A stretch of 64,000 nucleotides of DNA from an uncultured Hormoscilla sp. (GCA_963921275.4 OZ001293.3:2688001-2752000); one strand, 5' to 3'; shown: positions 44,012 to 56,411, counted from the first letter of the stretch. Notes: generated by a model not told the origin, from the sequence alone. A program made the numbers and translations.

Positions 44012-46433
44012 GTGCGATTCGTTTAGGGTAAAATGACTTGACACGTGTCAAAAAAGGGGACCGCTAGCAGGGTTTCAATAGCCCTGACAACTTACAGATG
44101 ATGGTGGTGAAAGCCCACCCCTCCAGGTGCTCTCGTGACAGCATCCTCCCGACGGTAGCGATGGCATCAATCCGTAAAGCGGGAAGGAAAGGCGCTCTAA
44201 CTGGTAGCCTAAACCGGTCATCGTCGAGCAAGTAGTCATGATGAGCGCAAGCAAAGGTTCATAAGTGTCGTCAACATCAACCAGTGTAATAAGGCTGAGA
44301 CACTGGCCCAAAAGGGAAAGGATAATGGTCATTAGCGGTTGTAATCCGACTAATAAGCACTGACAACAAACCCGGCATATAGAATCCATCTAAAACTACG
44401 ATTAATCATCTGTAGGAACGAAGTAACCCAGCTAGGCACTCTCCATCACCGGTCGATAGATGGAGTAGTCACCAAAGACGCAACATCTGCTCTCATTTGG
44501 CAGGTCATAGCTGGGAAAGATTGAGTGGAGAAGCAAACGCCTATCTGTAATGGATGGGATAAGCTGACGCCCTCACGGTTTTGTCAATTGTGAAGTTGTG
44601 AGTAGTAGTTAATATGTCACGGAACTTAGCCGAAAAGCAAGAGTATGAATGGAAGGAGGTGCCCTGGCAGGAGCTGGAGCGCCGATCGCGCTAGCGTGGC
44701 GCCAGCCATGTCTTCAAGCTACAAAAGCGAATTTACAGAGCGGCACAGGAAGGCAACAAGCGGAAAGTTCGCAAGCTCCAAGGGTTACTAAATAGGTCAT
44801 GGTCCACGAAGATGATAGCGGTGAGACAGGTAACACAACAAAACCAAGGAAAGAATGCGGCTGGTGTGGATGGTGTGAAAGCACTGACTATGGAGCAGCG
44901 ACTGGAACTGGTAAGTCAGCTCAGAGTATCCAGGAAGGCAAAGGCGAAACCTACACTGCGTGTATGGATACCTAAGCCAGGAAGGGACGAAAAGCGGCCA
45001 CTAGGAAGACCGACGATGCACGACCGCGCACTTCAGGGATTGGTCGTCAAACAGTCGCTTGAGCCCGAATGGGAAGCGTACATGGAAGCCAATTCCTACG
45101 GATTCAGACCAGGAAGGGGATGCCACGATGCGATCGAAACGATATTCACCAGCACCAACAAGAAACCAAAATGGGTGTTAGATGCGGATATTGCGAAATG
45201 TTTCGACAAAATTGACCACTCAGCGCTCCTAGAGAAATTGAATACAACATCACCAATCCGTAGACAGATACGGGCATGGCTAAAAGCCGGGGTGATGGAC
45301 CAGGGAATATGGCAGGACACAGAAGCCGGAACTCCTCAAGGCGGAGTAATATCACCATTGCTAGCCAATATAGCCCTACATGGGTTGGAAAAGGTAGTGA
45401 TGAGTCTTGCCCGCACAAAGAGAGAGGAAAAGAAACTAACGATAGTCAGGTACGCCGATGATTTTGTGGTAATGCACGATGACCGGTCAATGATTGAGCG
45501 AGCACAAGGAGTGATTGAGGAGTGGTTGAAGGGAATAGGACTAGAGCTAAAAGCCGAGAAAACCAGGATATCCCACACACTGGAAGGAGAAAACCCCGGA
45601 TTTGACTTCCTAGGGTTCAATATCCGACAATACAAAGTAGGGAAACACAGAAGCGGCAAACTCAGCAACGGAACCCCCCTAGGATTCAAGACCCTAATCA
45701 AGCCTAGCGATAAATCCATTAGGAATCATAAAGAGCAACTATCACAGATAGTTCGCCGCCATAAATCGGCACCACAGACAGCCTTGATAGTCAAACTAAA
45801 CCCAATGATAAGGGGATGGAGCAACTACTTCAAGACGGTGGTAAGTAAGGAAACTTACAGCGACATGGATAGCTACCTATGGGAGCTGCTGTGGCAATGG
45901 GCAAAGAGAAGGCATCCCAATAAATCGGGCGAATGGATTGCCAAAAATTATTGGGCCATGACCGGTAAGGACCGGTGGAGGTTCATCGGTAAATCCAAGA
46001 AAGGAGAAATAAAGCTAATCCGGCACTCTGAAACTGAAATAATCAGACACACAAAGGTAAAGGGGACAGCTAGCCCGCTTGACGGTAACCTAGTCTACTG
46101 GAGCCAGAGATTACGAAAGAGCCCGGACGTAAGCATGAGAGTGATTAACCTGCTCAAGAGGCAGGATGGCAAGTGCCAGCATTGCGGACTAACGTTTAAG
46201 GACGGCGACAAATGGAAGTGGACCACATCCTGCCAACCTCACTGGGAGGTAAGAACTGGTACTCCAACCTACAGTTGCTGCACGACTACTGCCATGATTA
46301 TAAATCTGCCAGGGATGGCAGCAAAGGCCGTATCCATGACAAGGATGACGAAACTGAGGAGCCGGATGAGGTGAAAGTCTCACGTCCGGTTTTGAAGACG
46401 AGTCGGTACGGTGACGTACTGGCTTAGTTTAAT
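44012..46433 (+). mobile_element. RT-encoding group II intron (chloroplast-like class) in the 5' region of the downstream gene
   Basis: 5' GTGCGATTCGTT; DV GAGCCGGATGAGGTGAAAGTCTCACGTCCGG; ends TTAGTTTAAT; EBS2 AACATC pairs with flank GATGTT. Confidence 0.93.
44614..46427 (+). pseudogene. ltrA: Group II intron RT/maturase/HNH protein with an in-frame TAG at 44692 and a frameshift at ~46210
   Basis: VFKLQKRIY, AGVDG, SYGFRPGR, GTPQGG.ISPLLANI, YADD, CQHC...VDH...HDYCH. Confidence 0.88.
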
Positions 46434-46441
46434 AGTCTCCG

Positions 46442-46885
46442 ATGATTCTAGCAACTGAAGGTACCTCGTCCTATCCCTTTAACCGCCTCATGACTTGGAT
46501 TGAAGCCCTGATTGCTCGCGGGTTTATTCAAGAAGAAGTAGTGGTGCTATCTGGTAGTAGCACCCAAGTACCACCGGAGATCGCGCGCTACGAGTCTAGG
46601 ACTGAGAGTTGTTTGACGGAACTGAGCTGGCAAGCAAGTCGGATTATTAGCGACTGTGATGCAGCGAGGCTGCAATTGCTAGATCGTACCGCTAAACCTT
46701 ACATATTGGTGCCCCGGACTTCATGCTATAATGAGTTTATCGACGATCGTCAAATTGAACTAGTAGCCTCACTGGCATCCTATGGGATTCCTGTTGCCTG
46801 GTGTCCAGGGGATTTAGTCAGATTCCTATCTTCACCCCGGAGGATTTCCCTCCCTATATCTTGGGAAATAGAAGATTTAATCTAG
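46442..46885 (+). CDS. PssE/Cps14G-like glycosyltransferase C-domain protein
   Basis: MILATEGTSSYPFNRLM, KPYILVPR...EFIDDRQIE. Confidence 0.75.
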   Translation: MILATEGTSSYPFNRLMTWIEALIARGFIQEEVVVLSGSSTQVPPEIARYESRTESCLTELSWQASRIISDCDAARLQLLDRTAKPYILVPRTSCYNEFIDDRQIELVASLASYGIPVAWCPGDLVRFLSSPRRISLPISWEIEDLI

Positions 46886-47030
46886 TTTCACTTGAAACCA
46901 GAAACAGAACCGGGGATGGTTGCCTCACTGGTTCTTGAGGCCCGGTCCAAAGTAGCGCTCCTCTGGTCGCGCACTGCGCCTTTGAGATGGGACTGCTGTC
47001 AAATTATGTCTGACTCGACTTGAGGGATAT

Positions 47031-48169
47031 ATGGATAGTCAAACGACTAGCGTTGTGTTTCCGGTCACAGTATTGAAGGAAATCTACTTAGTTCAGTTGC
47101 CCGATCGCTTGACTGTGCTGGAGGCGGTGGCCTTCAAGGACAGTTTTAAGCAATTGTGCCAAGAGAAACCGGCACCAGTGCGAATAGTTCTGGATTTCGG
47201 TAAGACTACTTTTATCGACAGCAGTGGCATCGGAGCACTGGTCAGTAGTCTGAAAATCGCGAGGTCTCACAAAACAGAAGTGGTATTCTGGAGTCTCCAT
47301 CCTCAGGTAAAGATGGTTTTAGAGCTCACAGAACTGAAAGCGGTGTTTACAGTTGATGCCGGAACTGAGGCGATTATACCGACAAAAGTCCAACATGTGA
47401 AGTCAAAGCAAGCACCTTCGGGACCTCTCGGCGCTCGATGTCTCCCGGTGAGGTGTCTCTTGGGAGCGCTAAAAGCACTACCCAAGAGACCACAGCGAGA
47501 CGGTCTAATCGCACTACCCGGGAGACATCGTATTCGCACTACCCGAGAGGTCCCGGTTACTCATCCTTCGGTGCGATCGCTCCCGAAACGCTTAATTGAC
47601 ATTGTCGGGGCTTTGGTGGGTCTTTTGATTACAGCGGTTTTGTACATCCCCATTGTGATTGCGATCGAACTAGATAGCCCCGGACCGATATTTTTTGGTC
47701 AAATCCGCTGTGGTGGATGGGCAGGCGTTTTAATATCTGGAAATTTCGCTCGATGGTGCCTGACGCGGAAGCGCTGAAAGGAAAGATCAAAAATCAAGCT
47801 AAAGGTGCCTTTTTTAAGAATGATAATGACCCACGAGTGACGCAGGTGGGTCGCTTTTTGCGCCGCACGAGTCTGGATGAGTTCCCCCAGTTTTGGAATG
47901 TCCTGAAAGGGGAGATGTCTCTGGTGGGGACTCGACCTCCGACCCCAGATGAAATCGATCGCTATGAAATACCTAAGTGGCGATGCTTGAATGTTAAACC
48001 TGGTATGACTGGGGAGTGGCAGGTGAATGGCCGCTCTCAAATCCGCGATTTTGAAGATGTGATCTGCATGGATCTACGTTATCAAGAAAATTGGAGCCTG
48101 ATGTATGATATCAAGCTGATTGTTAAGACGATCGCCATTTTGTTTAGGAAGAATTCGGGCGCAGTTTGA
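47031..48169 (+). pseudogene. STAS (anti-sigma antagonist) plus sugar transferase fusion; 1-nt frameshift at ~47715 and a 45-codon in-frame nested insertion
   Basis: [57 protein letters not shown]. Confidence 0.85.
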
Positions 48170-48244
48170 TCTGCTTCCGGACCTGTCGCAAGCAATTACA
48201 GTAATTCATTTTATAGGCTACTGTCTGCGGCGACAAGTGGAACT

Positions 48245-48710
48245 TATATCATGTCGGGTTAAATGCACCTGATTAAGCGGCCTTGATTTTTGGCCACCAA
48301 TGATATAAGGTCAACCCCTAAATTAACTCTTGCTGTTGGAGTAATTGGCGACATCGCCCAACTACCAAGTCTTCTACCTCATCAATGCTATTAAACGCTT
48401 TGTTGGCTAACGGTTCATTGATTAACGGCCATAACCGCTCAGCCGGTTACAACTCTGGTGAATGGGGCGGCAGGGGGAACAGGTGAATCCCTTCAGGCAC
48501 CTGGAGCTTTTCCGTCATATGCCAGCCAGCCTGGTCGAGAGGAAGAATTACCCGTTTATCTTTGCCCACTTGGAAATGATTGGCAAAGTCTTCGAGTACC
48601 GCACCGAATAGCTGGCTATTCACGTCGGGGAGAATCCACCAGTAAGTATCTCCTGTTTGGGGTTGAACAAAACCGTACAACCACAACCATTCCCGTATTG
48701 ACCACCTACC
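48245..48710 (-). mobile_element. IS630-family remnant (3' part)
   Basis: WLWLYGFVQPQTG, LDQAGWH, LPPHSPEL*PAERLW; truncated by tandem repeats at ~48700-48805. Confidence 0.85.
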
Positions 48711-48808
48711 TCTAATACAACTGACCACCTACCTCTAATACAACCTACCTCTAATACAACCTACCTCTAATACAACTGACAACTAACCACTGACCACTGA
48801 CCAATGCA

Positions 48809-49330
48809 CTAGAAGTTTTGAGTTTCCGATGCTGGTATTCCTGTGCCTGGTTGCTTGAGGAAGAAGTTTTCGGCGTTATCGTTTTGGTAAATGCAACTAA
48901 TTTTGGGTGAAGCCTCAATATTACCAGTAAAGCCAAAGGTGTTCATCCGGTTTTTACAATCGCTGACCTGATCTCGCGTCACTAGCTTTCTTTGCTCTAG
49001 AATTGCCCAGTTGTTGCGCCGCAAAACACATCCGGGCTGCATAATTGGCTGAGAAATATAGACACTGAAAGGATTGAGAGTAACATAGAGCCTAGTATCC
49101 ATTACCATAGCACTGGCTCCATACTGAACACAAAGCTCCGGGTTAGGCACACTGCGGTCAATAAAGTCACGAGATGCCACATTTTCTGGGGTAAAGGTAG
49201 TCGTAGAGGAAACGGCAATGCCCACTCCAATTCCCAAAATCAATATACCTGCCATAATTGCCAGGTTTGTATAATTGAATGGAGAAGATGCAGTGTTTCC
49301 GGATCTCCGATTCATACTTTTTCTGGTCAT
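48809..49330 (-). CDS. DUF3172 family protein
   Basis: PNPELCVQYGASAMVMD, QPGCVLRRNNW, CKNRMNTFGFTG. Confidence 0.9.
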   Translation of the reverse strand: MTRKSMNRRSGNTASSPFNYTNLAIMAGILILGIGVGIAVSSTTTFTPENVASRDFIDRSVPNPELCVQYGASAMVMDTRLYVTLNPFSVYISQPIMQPGCVLRRNNWAILEQRKLVTRDQVSDCKNRMNTFGFTGNIEASPKISCIYQNDNAENFFLKQPGTGIPASETQNF

Positions 49331-49622
49331 GATTCCTATGCCTGCTAATTGTAAATTGCTAATTGTAAATTAGATTCACTACTCTCAGATCATACTGCTA
49401 ACATTTCTCTGATGCTAACCATTTGTTAGTTTTGCCTGCTGCTGATGCCAGTGCATACCCCGATTGCCGGTACTCTGCTGGTTTGGAGGTGATTCTGGGA
49501 TTGATTGTTAAATCCCTGGAATGCGACAGATAATCCCACACCTAGGATCAGGCGTAGATCAGGCTTAAACCCACTGGGAGGTAATGACTAGCCTTGTCAG
49601 GAGTTTTAATCACTGAATCTAA

Positions 49623-49810
49623 GGCTCTTCGGTACTTGGGAAGCAATTTTCAGGTTCAAAAATCTCCGAAAGCATTGCTATGTAAGGCTTCGGCGACTTG
49701 CTAGACCCTAGTTACCTAAAAAAGGCAGTCGATCGTCTCAAAGCCTTGCTGCGCAAGGCGAGAGCGCCTGAATTGGTTGGCGATTTTACCATACTAAGTA
49801 CCGAAGAGCA
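49623..49810. mobile_element. MITE with ISL3-like termini
   Basis: GGCTCTTCGGTACTT...AAGTACCGAAGAGC inverted termini. Confidence 0.7.
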
Positions 49811-50100
49811 AAATATAATAGCATTTTTCTATCAGCTTTCACTTTTGTTAATTATGACTTTTTTCCTTTGGGTAACGCCTGACAACCCAACCTATTCTCT
49901 TAAGTTAAGTCCAGACTGTTTCTTATATCTTATCATCCACCATCCCTGCTTGTCAACTGTTATCGTAACAGACAATTTTCCTAAAATATGTTAATAATTT
50001 GATCCTCCAGCTTTGGCATGGGGAATACCATCGCTTTTTCTTGCTGTATATTACGCGATCGCATTTATATCCGCAAACGATGTCACTTGAAGTGACATCG

Positions 50101-51565
50101 GGGTGCATCCCAGTTTGGCAATTAGCAAAAATACTCAGAAGCTAAACTGTTACTAACAGGCAGTATGATTAGTTGGCATTAGGTAATGTCATGTCAAGAT
50201 AGACTCACGAAGAGAATACTCCATTGAGATAAGCGCAGCGATGCAGCAAAACCTGGGGGACATTGGCGGCTTTCCACTGCGCTTCGGAGAGCTTCAGCCG
50301 TGCAGATATCTGCTTAATCGTTGATTCGACATCTCCCGAACCAATGGAAATCCCCTCGGCTTGATCATAGCCATAGTTGACAATGCGGTGACGATGCGCC
50401 CGTAACATAGGCCCTGAAGTACCCGTGGATGGTCCCAGTCGTCAAATTCTTTGAGGGCCTCTTCCACTTTGCCTGACCATAAGAGAGCTTTCACTCGTGC
50501 GACGCGCTGGCCGGACCCGCCGACTTTTTCCAGGTTTTCTATCAAGTGATACCAATCGAGGATTTCCAGACTGAAGGTGGTCGGACCAATCTGAGCAAAC
50601 AAGTTCCAAACGCCATCATGACCATCTCCGAGACAGACAAGCGGATTTGCCAAGGGCTGCTGGTTGGCCCATTCGACCAGTCCAGGATTGTCCCGAAAGA
50701 AGGCGGCGACCCCCAGGTCATGCAGATTGACGGTGCGTAAGCGCACTTTCCCCCCTTGAAGTGCTCATTTCTTCAACGACTTCGGAGGTTGTCGGTAACT
50801 CCAAGTCATGGCAGGGCTCCTTCCCTTCTGGATGGCTCATTTCTTCGGCGGCTTGGCAGGCCCTGGGCAATTCCAAGTCATGGCAGGGCTCCTTCCCTTC
50901 TGGATGGCTCATTTCTTCGGTGGCTTGGCAGACCGTCAGCAACTCTCTCGTCATGGCGCTGTACCAGTCGTTGCTGGGTTCCCCGGGAGACGCTCATCTC
51001 CGTGAGCACCTCAATATCTTCCGATGCGTGCTCATACGAAGAGTTCGCGCTCAGCAATAAGCAACATTTCTCCAGATAGGGGCTCCACTGGCTATAGGGC
51101 CTCACATCAATCCGGAGTCCCTTGCTTGGAGGTAATTGAGAGCTTGTCGAGAATGCTGTTTAAAGTTCGGGCTCGCCCTGCTGTGGTACCACTGATGTTT
51201 TGGATAAAAAAAGGGCAATCTCTGGGCCGACGTATTCGAGCAACTGCCCGCGGATAGTGGCTTCGAGCCCTTCGATGGTTTCCAATTGCTCTGGAACCGT
51301 CCCTTGGGCCTCGGAATACAACAAGGCGGCTATGCCCAAGGCATAGGTTTTAATTTGAGCCAAGTTCTCTCTATTCATAGTTTCGGGGGGAACGTTTGCC
51401 TACTCCCTCAGCCGGTAGTGGGTCACAAGTAGTGATTTTAGCGCCTGAAACCCTCGGCGGACCGTAGTCAAATCACTACATTTTGACCACTACCCCTCAG
51501 CCTAACACCATCTCGTCAGTTCATAAACTCAGTTAAAATACTCATTCAAAAACTGGGAGGCACCC
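50101..51565 (-). mobile_element. ISKra4-family IS with broken transposase
   Basis: TIR GGGTGCATCCCAGTTT/AAACTGGGAGGCACCC, 9-bp TSD GTGACATCG; LGDGHDGVWN, ILDWYHL, IGSGDVES; internal 66-nt duplication. Confidence 0.9.
51414..51494. mobile_element. 81-bp MITE nested in the IS, IS1-like termini
   Basis: GGTAGTGG..TCA..GTAGTGATTT inverted termini; 8-bp TSD CCTCAGCC. Confidence 0.8.
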
Positions 51566-51589
51566 GTGACATCGCCCCCTACTTACCCC

Positions 51590-52150
51590 TTACCTCTGAT
51601 AGGCTAATTCAGCTTTAGCGCCACTTAATATATCCAGACAAACCCAACTTTTATCCAGAAATTTGATCTGCAATTTATCTCCTGCAACCACTGCATCTTC
51701 AATAATGTCTTGAGAATATCTCCACCATTCCCTGCCATCGACTCCGATCGCCACTACCCCGATTTCATGAAAGCACAGAATCAATCCACAATCTTTGAGC
51801 TGCAAAAAACAAGAAAATAGGTAATCTAACTCTATTATGAAGTCAATTTTCCGCTTTTTAACACTAACTCCAGACACTTCTCTATTGAATCCCAATAATA
51901 GCATATCTGACTCTGGCAGCAATAACATATGGGGTGATAAGCCATGATATTCAGCACAAATCCCAACTCCAAAATAATGTATTCCCAACCATTGAAAATG
52001 AACAAGCGCCGAATAGAACTTCTGTTTAGAATCAGCATCTTCACTGAGTAATATGCTGCCCAAATCGCATTGTGACAAGCAGCACATCAACTCGCTTTTA
52101 GTTTCCCAATACTGAATTTCTACAACATTTTTGCCAAAAGTAACTAGCAT
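51590..52150 (-). CDS. Hypothetical protein, possible immunity protein
   Basis: 186-aa AT-rich ORF starting 2 nt after the upstream ORF. Confidence 0.6.
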   Translation of the reverse strand: MLVTFGKNVVEIQYWETKSELMCCLSQCDLGSILLSEDADSKQKFYSALVHFQWLGIHYFGVGICAEYHGLSPHMLLLPESDMLLLGFNREVSGVSVKKRKIDFIIELDYLFSCFLQLKDCGLILCFHEIGVVAIGVDGREWWRYSQDIIEDAVVAGDKLQIKFLDKSWVCLDILSGAKAELAYQR

Positions 52151-52152
52151 TT

Positions 52153-52473
52153 TTACTTCTCTCCACTCTTCAATAAAACTGTTATCAGTTTCTCTCCTTC
52201 CCAGGCTGTCTCCATTTTTATTCCACCAAGAGGTCCCATAAGTAGTGATTCTTTAACAACTCTCCCATCCTGCTGGACTCGAACGATATTTGTCGAGTCC
52301 CCAAATACTGAATCTATGTGGTTAGCCACATAACTCCGGTTCTCAGGGGTATCGATAATACCAATATTTTCCAGTTCTGCGAACAGACTTCTAGACCTTT
52401 TGATATTATGTTCCCTGCCACTTGCTTTTCCAAAAATAAAATCTAGCTTTTTAAGATTAGCCTCACTAAACAC
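52153..52473 (-). CDS. Hypothetical protein resembling a polymorphic-toxin C-terminal domain
   Basis: KLDFIFGKASG.EHNI.RS...IGI.D...VVKESLLMGP.G.IK.E..W recalls CdiA/RHS tips (from memory). Confidence 0.55.
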   Translation of the reverse strand: MFSEANLKKLDFIFGKASGREHNIKRSRSLFAELENIGIIDTPENRSYVANHIDSVFGDSTNIVRVQQDGRVVKESLLMGPLGGIKMETAWEGEKLITVLLKSGEK

Positions 52474-52486
52474 GGCACAACCTTGT

Positions 52487-53578
52487 CTACACGTTAAATC
52501 GGAACAGCATTACGTCACCCTCCTGCACTACATAATCCTTACCTTCACTGCGGACTAAACCCTGAGTCTTCGCCGCAGTCATCGAACCCGTGGCCACCAA
52601 ATTCTCATAAGATATTGTCTCCGCCCGAATAAAACCGCGCTCAAAATCAGAGTGAATCACCCCAGCAGCTTGGGGTGCTTTCATCCCCGCTATAATCGTC
52701 CAAGCCCGGGTTTCCTTGGGACCAGTAGTCAAGTAAGTCCGCAAGCCCAAAATTTCATAGGTCGCCCGGATCAGGGATTTTAACCCGCCCTCTGCAACTC
52801 CCAGAGAAGCGAGAAAATCTGCTCTTTCTTCTGCTGGTAACTCAATTAATTCTGATTCCACCTGGGCAGAAATAACTACCACTTGGGCATTTTCGGCTGC
52901 TGCTATTTCCCGCACTTGTTCCACCCAACTGTTCCCCGTTGCCAAGTCATCTTCCGATACATTGGTCCCATAGATGACAGGTTTAGCCGTCAACAACCCC
53001 AAAGGCTTGACAGACTCCGCTTCCTCTGCTGTTAACTCAGCCTGTCGCGCCCCCATACCCTCATTTAACACCGCCATTAGCTTTTCCAGGGCTGCCAACT
53101 CCAGCTGAGCCTCCTTACTTGTACGGGCCTGCTTGCGGGTGCGTTCCATCCGGCGCTCAACTTGGGCCAGATCCGATAAAGCTAACTCTAAATTGATCAT
53201 TTCGATGTCTCGGACTGGATCGATCGTCCCAGAAACATGGATAATGTCATCATTCTCAAAACAGCGCACCACATGGACGATCGCATCTACTTCCAGGATA
53301 TTGGCTAAAAATTTATTTCCCAGTCCTTCGCCCTTGCTGGCACCTTTGACCAAACCAGCAATATCGACAAACTCCACCCGAGTTGGTACGATTTGCTCAG
53401 ACTGGGAGATTTTCGCTAGCACCTGCAACCGCTCGTCCGGCACGGCCACCACCCCCACATTGGGTTCGATCGTGCAGAAAGGGAAATTGGCCGCTTCTGC
53501 TTTAGCATTGGCAACCAGGGCATTAAACAAAGTAGATTTGCCCACATTGGGCAGTCCGACAATTCCAGCTCTTAGCAT
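52487..53578 (-). CDS. ychF: Redox-regulated ATPase YchF
   Basis: GIVGLPNVGKST, NFPFCTIEPN, DIAGLV, IHSDFERGFIRAE. Confidence 0.98.
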   Translation of the reverse strand: MLRAGIVGLPNVGKSTLFNALVANAKAEAANFPFCTIEPNVGVVAVPDERLQVLAKISQSEQIVPTRVEFVDIAGLVKGASKGEGLGNKFLANILEVDAIVHVVRCFENDDIIHVSGTIDPVRDIEMINLELALSDLAQVERRMERTRKQARTSKEAQLELAALEKLMAVLNEGMGARQAELTAEEAESVKPLGLLTAKPVIYGTNVSEDDLATGNSWVEQVREIAAAENAQVVVISAQVESELIELPAEERADFLASLGVAEGGLKSLIRATYEILGLRTYLTTGPKETRAWTIIAGMKAPQAAGVIHSDFERGFIRAETISYENLVATGSMTAAKTQGLVRSEGKDYVVQEGDVMLFRFNV

Positions 53579-53626
53579 CTTAGTATCAGAGTAAAAATTT
53601 AGCTGTTGGTCAACTAGGTTTGTGCA

Positions 53627-54461
<835 letters not shown>

Positions 54462-54684
54462 GACGGGAGGAATAAGTATCTCAGAAGATAAATTGGCGTT
54501 GCACATTTTGGGGATGATGCCCTTTTTTGCACATAACTGAAACTGGCTTGTAGTCTAGGTTTAAGACTTCTGCAACTATGCCCATCATCCCGTAATTGTG
54601 CAACGCAGATAAATTTATCGCGCTGGGGATCAGACAGGTCCCGATTTTTCCTTCAGCGGTGTCAAATCATCACAGAGGTATTTC

Positions 54685-54803
54685 GATCTTCAGTCCCAGA
54701 GTCCGGGTGACATAACTCACGCTAGTCATCTGCCGCACCAAAGAAGATCTTCAGTCCCAGAGTCTGGGTGACATAACTCACGCTAGTCATCTACCGCACC
54801 AAA
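54685..54803. repeat. 61-bp-period direct duplication immediately upstream of the decarboxylase gene
   Basis: GATCTTCAGTCCCAGAGT...CGCACCAAA twice with two substitutions. Confidence 0.9.
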
Positions 54804-56411
54804 ATGGAATTTAACACTCAATCTCAAGCAACAACCCCCATACTGGATGCTCTGTCCACCTGTGCCATGAGGTCTCATGCTGCTTTCTACTCCCCCGGAC
54901 ACAAGCGGGGAGTAGGAATTGACCCACATCTGTCTTCTTTGCTCTCGACAGCTGTCTTTCGAGCTGATTTGCCCGAATTGCCCAGTTTGGATAACCTGTT
55001 CGCCCCGACTGGGGTAATTCAGCAGGCCCAGCAGTTAGCAGCGGCGACCTTTGGAGCCGATCGCACTTGGTTTCTGGTGAACGGTTCCACCAGTGGGGTA
55101 ATAGCGGCAATTTTGGCCACATGTACCGACGGGGACCAGATTATTTTGCCTCGGAACGTGCATCAAAGCGCGATCGCGGGTCTGATCCTCTCGGGTGCGG
55201 TCCCCATCTTTATTAACCCAGAATACGACGCCGATGCAGACCTTGTCTACAGTATCACCCCACGGGCTGTGATGACAGCATTAAGGCAGCATCCGGAGGC
55301 CAAAGCGGTGATGATGGTTTACCCGACTTACCAGGGCGTCTGCGGCGACCTGCAGGAGATAGCCCTTATCACCCACCAACTTAACATTCCCCTGCTGGTA
55401 GACGAAGCCCACGGTCCCCACTTTGGCTTTCATCAGGACTTGCCCCCATCAGCCCTGTCCGCCGGTGCCGACTTAACGGTACAATCCACCCACAAGGTAC
55501 TGGGGGCCATGACTCAGGCCTCCATGCTGCACCTAGTAGGTAACCGCATCTCACCAGAACGGGTGAGTAAAGCCTTGCAACTGGTGCAATCTACCAGTCC
55601 CAGTTATTTACTCCTAGCTTCTCTGGATGTAGCCCGTCAACAAATGGCACTGCACGGAGAACAGCTGATGGCACGCACATTGCAACTGGCCTCTTTGGCC
55701 AGAGACCGCATCAGCCAGATTCCCGGATTGTCCGTCTTGGAACCGGCTTTTACCAAGGGCTTCCTGGCCCTAGACCCCACGCGGCTGACAGTTAATGTGA
55801 CTGGGTTGGGGCTGACTGGCTATGAAGCTGATGAAATTCTCGATCGAGAGTATGCGGTAGTGGCTGAGTTACCATCAACCCAATATCTGACCTTTATCAT
55901 CAGTTTAGGGAACACAGCGGCAGATATTGAGCAACTGGTGCAAGCTTTGACCAGCCTCAGCCAGCAGAAACTCCCCCAGAGTTCGGACGCATCCGCTCCG
56001 CCTGTATCCCCCGGTGCTGCGTCTCCTGGGAGCGCTAATCGTACAAAAGGGGAGACGCCGCGCGCTACTCGCACAAAAGGGGGGATACAGCAGCTAAGTT
56101 GGCAAAATGTCTCCACCAGGTGGAAGGAAGAGTTAATGCATGTTCATCCTTCAACTTTCATCGTTCATCCTGCACTCTCTCCCCGGGAGGCATTCTTTGC
56201 CCCAACGGAAACCCTACCGTGCGAACAGACTGACGCACGAATTGGTGCCGAAATTCTCTGTCCTTACCCACCGGGAATTCCAGCGTTAATGCCTGGTGAA
56301 GTCATTAATCTCGCTACCCTGGACTACCTGAAACAAGTCCTGGCTTTGGGTGGCAAAATTACGGGTTGTAGCGATCCTACCCTCAAAACCTTAAAGGTTG
56401 TGCGACATTAA
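54804..56411 (+). CDS. Orn/Lys/Arg decarboxylase family PLP enzyme, with a nested in-frame insertion
   Basis: SPGHK, FLVNGST, VDEAHG, QSTHK, STSPSY, PYPPGIP. Confidence 0.93.
   Translation: MEFNTQSQATTPILDALSTCAMRSHAAFYSPGHKRGVGIDPHLSSLLSTAVFRADLPELPSLDNLFAPTGVIQQAQQLAAATFGADRTWFLVNGSTSGVIAAILATCTDGDQIILPRNVHQSAIAGLILSGAVPIFINPEYDADADLVYSITPRAVMTALRQHPEAKAVMMVYPTYQGVCGDLQEIALITHQLNIPLLVDEAHGPHFGFHQDLPPSALSAGADLTVQSTHKVLGAMTQASMLHLVGNRISPERVSKALQLVQSTSPSYLLLASLDVARQQMALHGEQLMARTLQLASLARDRISQIPGLSVLEPAFTKGFLALDPTRLTVNVTGLGLTGYEADEILDREYAVVAELPSTQYLTFIISLGNTAADIEQLVQALTSLSQQKLPQSSDASAPPVSPGAASPGSANRTKGETPRATRTKGGIQQLSWQNVSTRWKEELMHVHPSTFIVHPALSPREAFFAPTETLPCEQTDARIGAEILCPYPPGIPALMPGEVINLATLDYLKQVLALGGKITGCSDPTLKTLKVVRH

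Noticed and set aside
44614..46427. RT as part of a retron, DGR or defence system
   Set aside because: It lies within clear group II intron ends (GTGCG, DV, DVI) and has maturase and HNH regions; no TR/VR pair was seen
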